NCBI GenBank assembly: GCA_030141605.1
Contig: JAQGDQ010000019.1
Location: 930,001-994,000, forward strand
Direction: 5' to 3'
Length of the DNA stretch: 64,000 bases
From: Tubiluchus corallicola
Taxonomy: Eukaryota > Animalia > Priapulida
Part shown: positions 48,096 through 59,961 of the stretch, piece after piece
How the letters are laid out: every line of letters starts with the position of its first letter
How positions within the stretch are numbered: the stretch's first letter is position 1
The notes under the pieces: generated by a model
Told to the model about the DNA's origin: nothing
What the model saw: only the letters and a program-made list of their open reading frames with translations
Databases searched by the model: none
Translations under genes and position numbers: made by a program

Positions 48096-50409
48096 TCTTA
48101 TTCTAATATTCACCCTGATAACTGCACATGCAAGATTATGGCACACAAGTCCAGATGAGTCACTAGAATTTATTCGTTTTCCTTCTAAAAACGGATTTTA
48201 AAGTACTGAATGCATAGACGTAGGCTTGCCAGCATTCATTCTTTTCCTGTTCTAGATGCTTTTACAGTCAGATGTAAAATTAGACTCAATGATAGCTTTA
48301 TTGTGGATTTCCAACAACAAAAATTTATATAAGACTATACTCGTAAACTTTTCTATTCAATCATCAAGCTAGTACAGTCCTCAAAAGTCTGCATGTAATA
48401 GAGTTATCTTGTGTTTCTACTTTCTGAATGTTAACTATGAGAGCAATTGCAATGTGCAATAAATACTTGTCTACGCATTTACCCCACGCCAAATGGCGCT
48501 TCCAGAAGTTTACACGTCTTCCGTGGTTTATATATCGCCTATGATACACACGACGACGCTCTATATATCCTGTCCTCATTCTTTCCCTCTATTACTCATT
48601 CATTTTTTTCCCCATCTAGACTATCTTTATCGTCATTATGCCATTTCCTAAAGGCCGCCAGACGGCCGTCTTAGCCTTCATAGAAAGGCTACCAAACATG
48701 TGCACAGTCTTCCAAGAAACCAGTTATAATTTTTTATGAGAGCCGGGCCTAAATACTAATATCTTCACTTCTTACAGATACGTGCTGTTTTTTGGGGGTG
48801 CCAAGTGACTCAGACGTTGAAATTCAACTGTTTCTGGAAAGATGGTTGTTTTGAAAAAATGTACAGTATTAGCACAAACTGCAGGAATTGCTGGTTGATT
48901 TAACGCAGATCGTCGTCTATTAATAGGACCACCAAATCACGACGAGTGATGAAACACAGATCTCGGTTTCAGTTACGAAATTATTGGTTTTTAAAATAAC
49001 TTGTTTCATAAACCGCTCTTCTACTTTGTCTGTATTGGCGATATAAACAGCTTCCCCGTTGAAAAATCTATGCAGCCAGAATTGATTATTAAATTACAGA
49101 TTTAGTGTAATGCGATGTTAACTGCATGGAAGAATTACATAGGATGGTACGCAAACTTTTACTAGTAGTATAGAAAATCAACAAGTAGTAATACAGAACA
49201 ATTACAATTACAAGTCCAAGTTGGTACTGTTCAAACAATAGCGAATCTATCGTGTCTTCAAAATTAGGTGTGGAAACCTCCTGTGTCTCGCAGAGCTTGT
49301 AATCTTGAGGGGTACGATTGGAGCAGTGACAAGCAGAACTCAAGATCTTCCAACACATCTTGCACATGTCTTACAATTTTCTTTGATTAAGCACATAAGG
49401 TAGTTTAATAGTGAGGATATTACTGAATGTATGTAAATAATTGACAAACTGGTATTAGATGATGTCGCTTTTTCAAACAGGCTTCTTATATATAAACGCA
49501 TTTCGCTAGCTTTTAGCTTAGAAAACTTGTGATGTTGTTGTAAGAAGTACCCGGAATAATATTTTAAGCGTTTTGGCAAAACACTTTGCAAAGTTATGAA
49601 CATTTTTTTCTCCACTTTAGATGTTTGTAGAATCCACTGGAATTGAAGGTACAGTCTAAGCCGGAATTCACTCGCAAGAAATGAAGGTCCCATTAGCATA
49701 TACGCAGCCGAAAAAACTTGTATGTTTATTGCTGAGGAGATTCGGTGGTTTGCCGCACATGGCTTCACTTAAAACATTGCTTGTGTTTTCTTTTCCTTCG
49801 CGGATCGCTGAATTTGAGCCCAACGCTGTTGTTGCGAATTAACGCCATACGCACTAACAACACAGGTATTTTCAAACTCATTTAAAGAAGCAGCCAGAAT
49901 TCCTGTTATCACCCAATACTGGCATGACATCAGCAACTAAAATATTTTCTAATTCAGAGAAGCCAAAACGTGATATCAAAAACTAAAATATTTTCTGACA
50001 CAGAGAAGCCATGTTTAACCATGTTTTGCTCCTCTATATTAGAGAATATTTTCGTTTTTGATATTCTATTTAAGAAGTTTTTGCCAGTTGTATAATACGT
50101 ATTTTGATTCATCTTTAGGTTGTTCCTTCAATTGAATATGTTGCATGCTTTTCCCTAAGAACATCTTAAACTCCCAAGTGAGAAAAAAGAAACAAATCAG
50201 GTTCAGTAGCACATGATCTCTCTTCTGTCTGGACCAGTTTCCACAGTGTGAAGCCACGATTGCCACACTCAGACCAAATTACTAGTCCGCGAGTAACATA
50301 CTTCAGGGCAGACGTATAATGGGTGACCAGCACAGCAGGGGTGTGGTGACTCTAGAATTTCTGGTTGTGTTGACGGATGTGTTTAAGTGTGGGTGTAGTA
50401 CTAGAAGCG

Positions 50410-50915
50410 AAAATTATAAAGATTATGATGATGGCGATAATGTTGATGGTGAGAGCAGTAGTGATGATGTTGATGATAGTAACCTTTATTTAAAGTCGGC
50501 TATTAGATAAACAATTAACATAAGCTCAAAGAGCTTTCGGCCGACTATAAATAACAAGTCTACAACTACATAACGAAGATTATTATTATTACCCCGCTTT
50601 TACGCTAGATACCATGCGCCAGGCAGGCAACATCATTGGTATCAATTTTAAACTCTTTGGTATGATCACTGCTATCGAACTCAGGACTTCCCAGACGGAA
50701 AGGGGACGCATTACTACTAGACTATGCCGTCTGGTCAAAGATGATGAAGAGGAAGAGGATGAACAGAAAAAGGAAAAGCACGAGGATGAAAATGATGCTG
50801 AGTTTGAAGACCAAAATAAGGATATTGGTGATGATGCTGCTGTTGATAAAGATGTGAATCACGATAACGATAATACCGATGGTGATGATGAAATATTATG
50901 ATTATAGTATGATAA
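50410..50915. repeat. Degenerate (GAT/GAA)n low-complexity tracts flanking the SINE
   Basis: Directly visible at 50420-50480 and 50738-50915. Confidence 0.7.
50579..50736 (-). mobile_element. tRNA-derived SINE, V-SINE-like
   Basis: Minus strand: A-box-like tagtctagtagt, B-box-like gagttcgatagc, then tcataccaaagagtttaaaattgataccaatgatgttgcctgcctggcgc (V-domain-like) and a (taa)n tail. Confidence 0.65.
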
Positions 50916-51804
50916 CAGTGTTAAGTACTAGACAAACTACCGCGAATGAAAGCATTGAAAAAGTGGCCAGAAACTGATAAGACGAAAAGCTACTTCCGTT
51001 ACCTGCCTCGATCGAGCATGTGTAAATGTGAACGCAGCTTTATGATCTCTGAATCAATATTGCTTCACAGCAGTGAACTTTAGGCCTGCTGCGGTAGCTA
51101 CGCAGTAACCTCGATAATGGCGACAACGCGTTGTGCAGTATAAAATGACCTAGTTTTACAATTTTATTCTGTTAAACTCTACAGCGATCAGTGCGATGAA
51201 ATTGAATTCGCCTGTAAAAATAGTAGCAATACTCGTTGAAATGCATGTCGATTAAAATAGAATTAGAACGTTCACTGTTTATAGACGAAGCCAAGAAGAA
51301 AACTTTTAATTTGTAGCCGCTCCCACGCACAAGAAGCCTGTTTTTGTATTGAAGCGCGCAGTTATGTAGGTCGCATGCAACGCAGTTTACGAAACAAAGC
51401 TTCATAAATCATACGTCAGCAAGCTTAACAAAGAAAATAAGCTCATGTTTTCCTTTCAGACAACTTGCAGGAAACAGGGTCAATTCTTATTTCTATAAGC
51501 ATAAGCTCATCCGTACTAAACAATTGGTCAAAACTGCGCACAAGACTTGCCGTGATTATGACGTAACAAGCGTCAAACTATTTTGTCATTTAACTATTTA
51601 TAGCACAGAGTAATATGATACACTGTTTTGGAGCCCATCCAGTTTAGTAGATTTATGCACGTAAATGCGTATGCCACCGTGTATGAGTAATATGGAACGT
51701 GTCTGGCTTCTATTATTACTTCACTTAGTAAATGGCGGCGTACAAAGCCGGACTGTCGGCAGGGCTAGAGCCCATGTCTTCGGGAAGCCTAATCGTGCAG
51801 TCAT

Positions 51805-51896
51805 GACACATTTGGGCATGGGACACTTAGGCATGTAACAGTTGGGCACAGGACATTTGAGTACGAGGACACTTGGGCATGAAACATGTGGGCACC
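51805..51896. repeat. ~15-nt tandem array (ggacacttgggcat-like), probable transposon subterminal repeat
   Basis: Six diverged units; a similar array occurs at about 58545-58660. Confidence 0.6.
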
Positions 51897-53342
51897 AATA
51901 AAGTTTATTGTTGTGTCTATTTTCCTATTTTTGTTTATTAAATTTTTAATGATTCACTAATTTTTCTAACTGTCACTGTGTCACAATGTTTTTTAAGATC
52001 GCTTCACTAAATTAAAAACACATGCAGCAAATAATATAATGATACAGTAATTAGGGATTTTAAAATAGTCAAATGACTATGCAGGCTTTGGTTTTGTATT
52101 TTTAGTATTGAATGTAGTTTTTAAAATGAAGGAAACAGAAGACACCATAAGTTTAGATTAATATTTTATTAAAATATAATGGCATTTTATTTCAAAAATA
52201 CCTAGCGCGTCACAAAAAAGAAATGTGAGTCACAAAAAATTGTCATACAAAAGTGTATCACTAGTACAACTAGTGTAACAATTCAGCTATTATTATACCT
52301 GTATAATAATATTATACTCATTCAGTGTTTGGTATGCTTTAGAAGAAACCGACGTAAAATGCGTTGTCTAATTGTTTAATAACTAGTGGCCAACGACTAG
52401 ATCAATTAATGAGCCAAATTTCTACATATGTCTACACGATTCAATATTAAGATTAAGACTTATTATTTCAAACTTTGTTATGTATTTCTGGCTAAATCCA
52501 CGTTAATTATGCGTTCAACAGCAATGTATTTACACACACTAGATTAGTTAGTTATTTCTACTGTTCTCACGAAGATAGTTATTTCCTTTATTACCAAAGC
52601 TTACATGTCTTAAAGTTATCTGACATCTATGGGACGAGAATTCCAAGAATTTTAACCTGCTGAACAGCGTATAATTTACAAAAACAGTACAGAAATAGAA
52701 GGTATGCTTGCGTAATCGAGTCATGGAACACGTAGTAGGCAGTGTACGCGCTCGCGGGGTAGTCATACCGCAAACGTGGCATAGATGGCACAAATAAATG
52801 AAACTTGTAAAGGCGGCACATATTTTGTGACATTGTTTCTTTCTTGGGGCGGATGCGCAATCATTATTTAAGTTTCTGTAATTTTTATAGACTTTAGATT
52901 TAGGCTACACCAACCATCAATTGATAATGCTGATTCTTATCATGCACCTTTGGTCTTTTCCTAACTGCTCTTACAATAGTAATGTTTGTGTCTTTTGTTT
53001 TGGGCCTAATGACAATAGCTTTTTTGTTTGTTTTTACTCATTATGACATTAACCATAGAAGCGCATTTCTCTCAATGATTTAAAGAAGGACGTTTCTGGC
53101 TAATCTGGCCTAGCCATAGTTATATATTACCAGCTGGTACTGTAGAACAATATTAAATTATACTGTTCTATGTGTGCCAGACAAAAATGATATTACAGAA
53201 GCCTAGACTTCATGTTTTCTACTATATATTTTATTTCAGAAACGGCACCCAACTTGGCAATTTACTTCACAGTTTCACGTACAGCTAATGCACGACTTCA
53301 GTACAGTATCATCAGCAGCTGTGATATTGTAGACCAAACATT

Positions 53343-54890
53343 ATGGCAAAGAATTTAGCTGAAGAAATTGATACAGAATTTTTGACGTGTAAAATCTGCT
53401 TCGAATCATTTACTGAACCAAAGTCTCTTAACTGTCTGCACACATTCTGCATGAAATGCCTTGAAGGTCACTTAGAAGGAATTCGGACTTTCAAATATGG
53501 AAATTTTACTGAATTTAACTGTCCAGTATGTCGAAAGCCGACAACATTGCCAACAGGTGGCATTCGAAGATTGCCAGACAACTTTCTCGTGTCAAGTCTG
53601 ACAGAAATGGTTCGAAGACAACGGATCACCAATCTACCTTTCTGTGAAATTTGTAAATTAGTGCATAAAAAGGTGAACGATGCCAAATCCAAGTGTGTTG
53701 ATTGCAGTAAAATGTTGTGTCCTAGTTGTGTGGATCAGCACAAGAAAATGCCTGTTACAAAAAATCACTCCATGTATGATATTGAATCAGAAAAAGAGAT
53801 TGAGTGCAAGCTACACAATGAAGAAATAGTTCGGTTTTACTGTGAACCTTGTGAAACGTGCATCTGTGTCTTGTGTACATTTGAAGAACATGCACAACAT
53901 GAAATAATCTCCTTCAAAGAGGGTGTTACCAAACACAGAGATACCATTTCTTCAATGGTCGAAAACTGCAGAGGAAAAGTTGAAGGACTAAAGAAGTGTT
54001 TAGAAGCTGTGAGGTCGTGCGAGAAGGTTATTGGAGGTGTTGAGAATGAAATAAAGGAGGTATCGCAACAGTTTGTGTCAACAATACGGTCACAAGAGAA
54101 ACAGCTAGTGAAACAACTGCATGAAATGTTTGGTGATGAAGTGACTGACTTTCTAGGGAATAAAAGTGAGATGCGAGAAACACTTGACAACCTGCAAAGT
54201 ACCGTAAATCTTGCCGAGCTTGTTGTAAACAGCAAAGAGATTGAATTTCTACTGCTTAAGAAACAATTAAACGAAAAACTAACAGCCATGTGCGAGTTTC
54301 AGGTAAAGCAGCCGCCAAAACATGCAAGAAAAGAACCAATATTTTGTCAAGGTTCAGTTTCTTTAGGATTTATTGAAGATCCGAGTAGGAGAGTCGTAAG
54401 ATTTCAATTGCCCGAAGACGTGCCTAAAAAAGAACATCTTGACGATGAAGAAGATGATATAGGTAGTAGTGAAGGCGGTAGTGACTACTCAGAGGATAGC
54501 CAAGACGTTTATCAAGATGCACAAGGTCGAGCTGAAATGACTGATGCCAGTACAAGTACTGACGGAACGGGAAAAGAGGATAAGCAAAATCAAGTTACTG
54601 ATGGGCAGCCACTGACGTTGAATAAAGAAACAAGCTGTGACATACCTCTAACAAGAACTAAGGCATCTCCAAGGGCAGAAGCAGTATCACAGACTGATGT
54701 TACAGTATTTGGCGATAAACAGGGTTTGACTGATCGAGAAATGCGTCTGCATCAAAAAGAGGTGCAAACGGATCTCTCGTTGTGTCAGAGAAGAAGGAAG
54801 TCTGATAGTTCTCAGAATACACCTCCTTCCACTCCTTCACAAAAGGTACCGCCCCACCAGGCAGTTATTCATCAGGCAACTGCTCACTAA
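53343..54890 (+). CDS. Tripartite-motif (TRIM/RBCC) E3 ubiquitin ligase, TRIM2/3/45/56-like N-terminus, intronless CDS, 515 aa
   Basis: C3HC4 RING (CKIC..CLHTFCMKC..CPVC), LPDNF linker, B-box1 (CEIC..CVDC..LCPSC..H..H), B-box2 (CKLH..YCEPC..CVLC..H..H), coiled coil and an acidic/Ser-Thr tail; splice acceptor ttatttcag at 53239 within the 5' UTR. Confidence 0.95.
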   Translation: MAKNLAEEIDTEFLTCKICFESFTEPKSLNCLHTFCMKCLEGHLEGIRTFKYGNFTEFNCPVCRKPTTLPTGGIRRLPDNFLVSSLTEMVRRQRITNLPFCEICKLVHKKVNDAKSKCVDCSKMLCPSCVDQHKKMPVTKNHSMYDIESEKEIECKLHNEEIVRFYCEPCETCICVLCTFEEHAQHEIISFKEGVTKHRDTISSMVENCRGKVEGLKKCLEAVRSCEKVIGGVENEIKEVSQQFVSTIRSQEKQLVKQLHEMFGDEVTDFLGNKSEMRETLDNLQSTVNLAELVVNSKEIEFLLLKKQLNEKLTAMCEFQVKQPPKHARKEPIFCQGSVSLGFIEDPSRRVVRFQLPEDVPKKEHLDDEEDDIGSSEGGSDYSEDSQDVYQDAQGRAEMTDASTSTDGTGKEDKQNQVTDGQPLTLNKETSCDIPLTRTKASPRAEAVSQTDVTVFGDKQGLTDREMRLHQKEVQTDLSLCQRRRKSDSSQNTPPSTPSQKVPPHQAVIHQATAH

Positions 54891-55139
54891 TTGATGATTA
54901 TTGTAGTGTTTTTGGTCTATTCGAATTCATGAAGAAAACAACTACATCTCGTTTCAAAGCCGTTTAGGTTTTCATTCTGGTAGTAGTGGCTAGCTATATG
55001 TACAACAATTACATCGGAAAAAAGTAACTGGGACCTTAGCTGCTGGGTGCGAGTACACAATAAGGAGCATTCACAACAATAGGTTGGCATACCTTAATAA
55101 TCAATAATCACTGTAATAGGTACTGCATGGTTCGCGGCA

Positions 55140-56140
55140 AATATGGTACAGGCACAAGAAAAAAAATGCCACAAATGGAAAAGTAGGTAAAAGTGGTTCA
55201 AGAAAAACTGGCACACTTAGTAAAATATATGTTTAGGGTTAGGGTTATAATGGGGAACAGTTGTTTTAATTCTTTTTACCTGTGCCAAGGAAGTTGTGCT
55301 TCAACACAGTTTGTTTGTTTGGTTTTATGCCTGTTATGACAGTAATCCTATTACACAAAAACCATCTAACAGATTTCAAAGATACATTGCAATAAACAGG
55401 GTATAGGTTACCAAATTGGGAATTTTTTCGCCGGTACTTTTTCGCAAATCTAGACTGACATATATATGTATTTACATACCAAGTCATATACCATACAAAG
55501 ATCATCAACAGCATTACGCAGTTTTCCAAGCGAGAGTTTCTCGAAATGGAACATGGAATTAATTCGTAGTTGTTTGTCCTGAGAGATAATAGAAAGGGAA
55601 TGTTGAACATTCCTCCACGTAGTGTTTCACGATTGTTTTTTTTTTGTACGTGGCGCTCGGTCAAGTTTTGCCAAAAAAGACTCGGCGAAAAAAACCTACT
55701 TTGGCACTCTATACCCGCCTCCTCCACAAAGTTTCATGGAAATCTGTTAGGTAGTTTTTGCGTAATAGACTTACTGCTATAACAGACAAAAATCAACCAG
55801 CCAACCAACCAAACAAACAAACAAACAGCGTTGAAACATAACTTAAATAATTATCAGCCACAATTACACTAACCGTAAATTCATATTTTACTAAGTGTGC
55901 CATTCATAGCCGTGACATTTTTACCTACGTTTGCATTTGTGCCATTTTTACAGTGCTATTTTTCTTATGCGATTTTACCCTGTGCCATTTTACCTACTCT
56001 CTGATTTGTGCCATTTTTTCCTGTACCATTTTTCCTGTGCCACTTTTACGAGTGCTATTTTTACCTGCTTTTCCACTTGTGCCATTTTTCCCGTGCCATT
56101 TTTGCTTGTGCAATTTTACCTGTGTCATTTTACCTATATT
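55140..56140. mobile_element. Foldback-type non-autonomous DNA transposon with ~15-nt repeats in inverted arms
   Basis: Left arm has ggtaca/ggcaca-aaaa units and the right arm has ttttcctgtgcca units; perfect 20-bp inverted match tggcacacttagtaaaatat (55209-55228) / atattttactaagtgtgcca (55883-55902); inner ttagggttaggg motif. Confidence 0.75.
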
Positions 56141-56563
56141 CTTATTATATCTGTAGTAATTACTATTTTAAAGTCCAATTATAAGGCTGAGTCTTCTCGT
56201 GTTTTTATTCACACTTTGGGACTTGCTTGAAAATAGCTCAGTGTGCTAACGGTATCAACAGCTAGGTTGGCGTAGCACAAATTGTTGACGAGCTTTCCTT
56301 ATGCAGCAGTAATTTGATAATTATTACGGCATGAAACGAGCTTAATATTGAGTGATACAAAAAAAGAGTTATTCCAAATATGATCCAGCAAACTTGTTAA
56401 TGACAAGTCCCATTCGCATTAAGATCATAGGGAACAGAAGTAGTTATTATGGTAGCTTAGTTATTAGTAATTGTTTCTTCCAAACAAACAGACAGGCAGA
56501 CAGAAGGATGGACGGACGGACAGATAGACAGACACACAATCTCTCCAATTTTTTATCAAGGCT

Positions 56564-56769
56564 AAATGGCGTTTATGAAGCATCCGGACGCGGATGCGTT
56601 TTCCATCTACGGAATAGCCTGCGGAAAAACTCAATGGGAATAACTGCAGAAAAAGAATAACGCATGCGCAGGCTGCATAAAAGGTTGTATTGAAAGCAAT
56701 ATAAACTGATTTTATCTACTCCCCACCCCCCATACGCATCCGCATCCGGATGCTACATAAATCCCATTT
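56564..56769. mobile_element. ~205-bp MITE with ~36-bp TIRs
   Basis: aaatggcgtttatgaagcatccggacgcggatgcgt vs reverse complement aaatgggatttatgtagcatccggatgcggatgcgt (4 mismatches). Confidence 0.75.
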
Positions 56770-59571
56770 TAATTTTAAAGCTTCATATTTGCATCCAGGC
56801 ACCACGGTAGATTAAAGCTTGTTTGTATTGATAATTATGCAACTAGAAGTTTAGCAATCACAATCTTACAGAACGTAACAACGAAAGTTTGACAGGATTA
56901 TGCTTGCTATATATCCTATTACAGTAGACTTTGAGAAAGTTTTTCATTCTTATAAACGTTTAAACTTGCGCCTTTATAACAGTAACTCTAACGCCAGCTT
57001 TTTAAAATTTGAACCCAGCTTTCCTGTCCGAATGGAACCATTCCTAGTTCCGTTCCAAAGTACGAACTACGCGTATACATGTAACACCACGTAGCTTTTC
57101 CTTATTCAGGATCAACAGAGGTTCTGAAAAAGTGCGACATGATTATAACTCACCGTCAATTATGACCAGTCTTCAGTTCGGAAATCCCCAAACATAATTA
57201 CACTTTAGGGAACGAGGTCCCAGGTTGAGAAGCCCTGTTAAACATTACTTGTATATGAATTCATTACAGTTTATTTTATAATTATGTTTTAATGAGCTTG
57301 TCACTGCTTGTGAATTTCATCAAATCAACGTGCTAGGCCTATTATGCAATGTAACAAATAAGCCCAGCTGTAGCTGTATTTTTAATGTCAAACTAGTACC
57401 TATAATGTAAATATAAATTAAGCAACTTTGAAAGTAAATGTAAATGTAACTTAGACTATTTGTCATGCAAAATTAGGTAATGAGTATTGCTAAATTACTG
57501 TAATAATTAATGCTAGGTTTTATTTATTGTCAGTATATTTTTTGTTTGAATGTAAACAACAAGATACTGAACTGTAACTAAATAAAACACGTGTTTGCTT
57601 GTAAGTATTGGGTATATACAAGCAGGTCGTCGAAACATGTAAAGTTAATTTTATCAAAATGTTGAGGTGTAATTGTTAACTGCTTACTTTTATCGTCACC
57701 GTATTCTGCAGAGCCTACAAGCTCGTTTATTTCACTTGACATTGTGTTTAATGTTTATAATAGTATTCGAACTTAAATCAAGATAACTGTTTCTCTGAAT
57801 GTTTTTCTTCGGTCCAGCCTTATAACGTAAAGTTAGTTGTGTCTGCGTACCAAAAAAATTGCTTCATAGCAGTAATTTAAAATTTAATAATAGTTATTAT
57901 TCAGTGAATAAATTTTAATCGGACGAGGAACTTTCTATTTTAAATATTGTTAGTAAATTTTTTCCATTATTACATAGTTAGCTAAAAATTACTATACAAC
58001 TTTGCTGATTAAAAAATAAATTATGATAAAAAAAGAATATAAACATGCATAAATCTCCACTCAGCAGCTAAAAGATGATGAAGACAATGCACTAGGCTGA
58101 CTTGAGTAATTAATTGCCGGGTCGCTTTTCTTTAATTCAAGACTTAGCATTCTTTGTCAGCATTAATTGGCAACCAAAAGGGTAGTCGTCACTAAACATA
58201 GCTAGACATTTCACCTACTACCAAGGAGATTTCCTCCTCGCAGGGGCAGATTAACCATTTGGCCAATAATGCAAAAGCCTTAGGTTCTAAGTTTAGATAA
58301 GCCCTCGGAGTCCTGAGACCGATGACAATATTATTTAAACTGAAAATGAAAAACACAAGTAGCTTATATTTTAAACAGAATATTTCATTTTTCACAATTA
58401 TTATTACTATTTATTTCGAAATTACAGCACAGTTTTCAATTTGTTAATAACATAAAAAAATAAGAATATTTAGACAAATATATTCATACACAGGATGCTT
58501 CATCACAAAACATTTAAACACAGGTAGTCTTGGCTTCATACGCACCTTGGGGCATTGTCTGTTTTGGACACATAGATGATTTGGATATAGGGGCTCATTT
58601 GGACACATAAGCCATTTAGACACAAAAATTCAATACTTGTAAAGAGTAGGACATTTAGACGTGTGCCGCATATTTCTCATTGCCCAACGTTTTAGAATCG
58701 TCATCAGAGGTAGGCTCAATGATGAATAGCAACTCACCTTTTGGTTAACCCAGGCGAAAGGGCATGACAAACAAAATCATTCCCATTCATCATATGTAAC
58801 GACAAGGGCTGCTGATAAGTTTATACAAAAAAGAAGAACAGTTCCATAACAATTAACGTTTTTTATAGTTTTCTAGAAGCTAGCTGACAATCTGATCTGT
58901 ACATAAGTCCCTTCGTTTACGCCCTTAATTCGTCTTAGGTTCGTAAGCCCCCTAATCCACCCCTGTACCTTGGAGAGCCCTCAACATGTGTTCCAGAAGT
59001 TAATTTTTAGCAAACAGCTAACGTAAGATTAAATTTGAACGTGCAATTCATGTAACTAAATGTAACATGGCCGGAACGCAATATCTCGAGCTAAGTTAGT
59101 TGACACAACTGATTCAAAAAAGAAAGTAGTTAAACATGAAAATTGCTTTAAAATGAATCAGTTTCAAACATTCTAAAGCTATCTATCTTTGTGAAAATTT
59201 AATGGGCTAAGAGACAGGTGTGAGCGATTTTGTAAAATTTCTCAACTATGGTTCAGCTCGTATTTTTATAAACACAAATCCGATTAAAAACCGTTAAATT
59301 TAATAATAAACGTCAGCAGTCAGCATTCTCAACTTCTCTGTCGTGTAATTAAAAAGTGTGCCTTTTAATTACTATCCTACGTTATTATTCTCCAAGAGTA
59401 CACAACCGCAACCAGCATTGTAATAATGATGATGATAAAAACAGCAACAACAACAATAATAATAATAATAGTAGTAAAAGTAACAATAATCAGTAGTAAA
59501 GGTAATAAACAATGCAGCCTATTTAAGTCTATACTACATGTGTTTACGAACTGCCATTAACTGCTAACTAG

Positions 59572-59961
59572 TAGGGGTGAGCATCGAACGTTCGAGTTCG
59601 AATCGAATTCTAGCGCTCGAATTCGATTCGAACGAGTTTTTTTAGTTCGAACTCGATTCGAATCCAAAGCTATAGATTCGAATAATTCAGCACTTCAACC
59701 ACACATGTTCTTTATCACTAAAACGATTAAAACATCATGCAACTATCATAATTTAGCTGTTATTTCTGCACACAATTTTAAAGAAATTACTAGTAGTTTT
59801 ATTGCAGAACAAAATCTAGTGATATGCATGATCTTTGTAAGACTAATTTTTGCTGGTGGTTCAAAAACTTGTTCGAAAATCTTTCGACTTCAATTCGAAT
59901 TCGAAACACTGAAGTTCGGTTCGATTCGAATTCGCTTTCTGGTAGAGAATGCTCACCCCTA
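59572..59961. mobile_element. hAT-type MITE (390 bp) with TCGAA-rich subterminal arrays
   Basis: 13-bp TIR taggggtgagcat / atgctcaccccta; perfect 8-bp TSD ctaactag at 59564-59571 and 59962-59969. Confidence 0.9.

Noticed and set aside
49089-49768. 142-aa and 92-aa minus-strand ORFs, faint piggyBac-like words (YANGT, Cys cluster)
   Set aside because: The similarity is too weak and no TTAA-flanked TIRs were identified.
50680-50736. tRNA gene
   Set aside because: It has only degenerate A/B boxes and no cloverleaf; it is a SINE head.
50614-50901. Acidic 95-aa ORF
   Set aside because: It is made of antisense SINE sequence plus a degenerate GAT/GAA repeat.
53468-54289. Minus-strand ORFs of 74 and 150 aa
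   Set aside because: They are antisense shadows of the TRIM CDS.
55232-55246. TTAGGG telomeric repeat
   Set aside because: There are only two units, inside a foldback element arm; this is not an interstitial telomere.
55931-56230. Cys/Phe/His-rich ORFs and CRISPR-like periodicity
   Set aside because: They are degenerate 15-nt tandem units without unique spacers in a eukaryotic TE, and there are no cas genes.
58241-58965. Possible hAT MITE (caggggcagatta ... taatccacccctg)
   Set aside because: The TIR is short and imperfect and the flanks (cctcctcg / taccttgg) do not form a TSD, so it was left uncalled.
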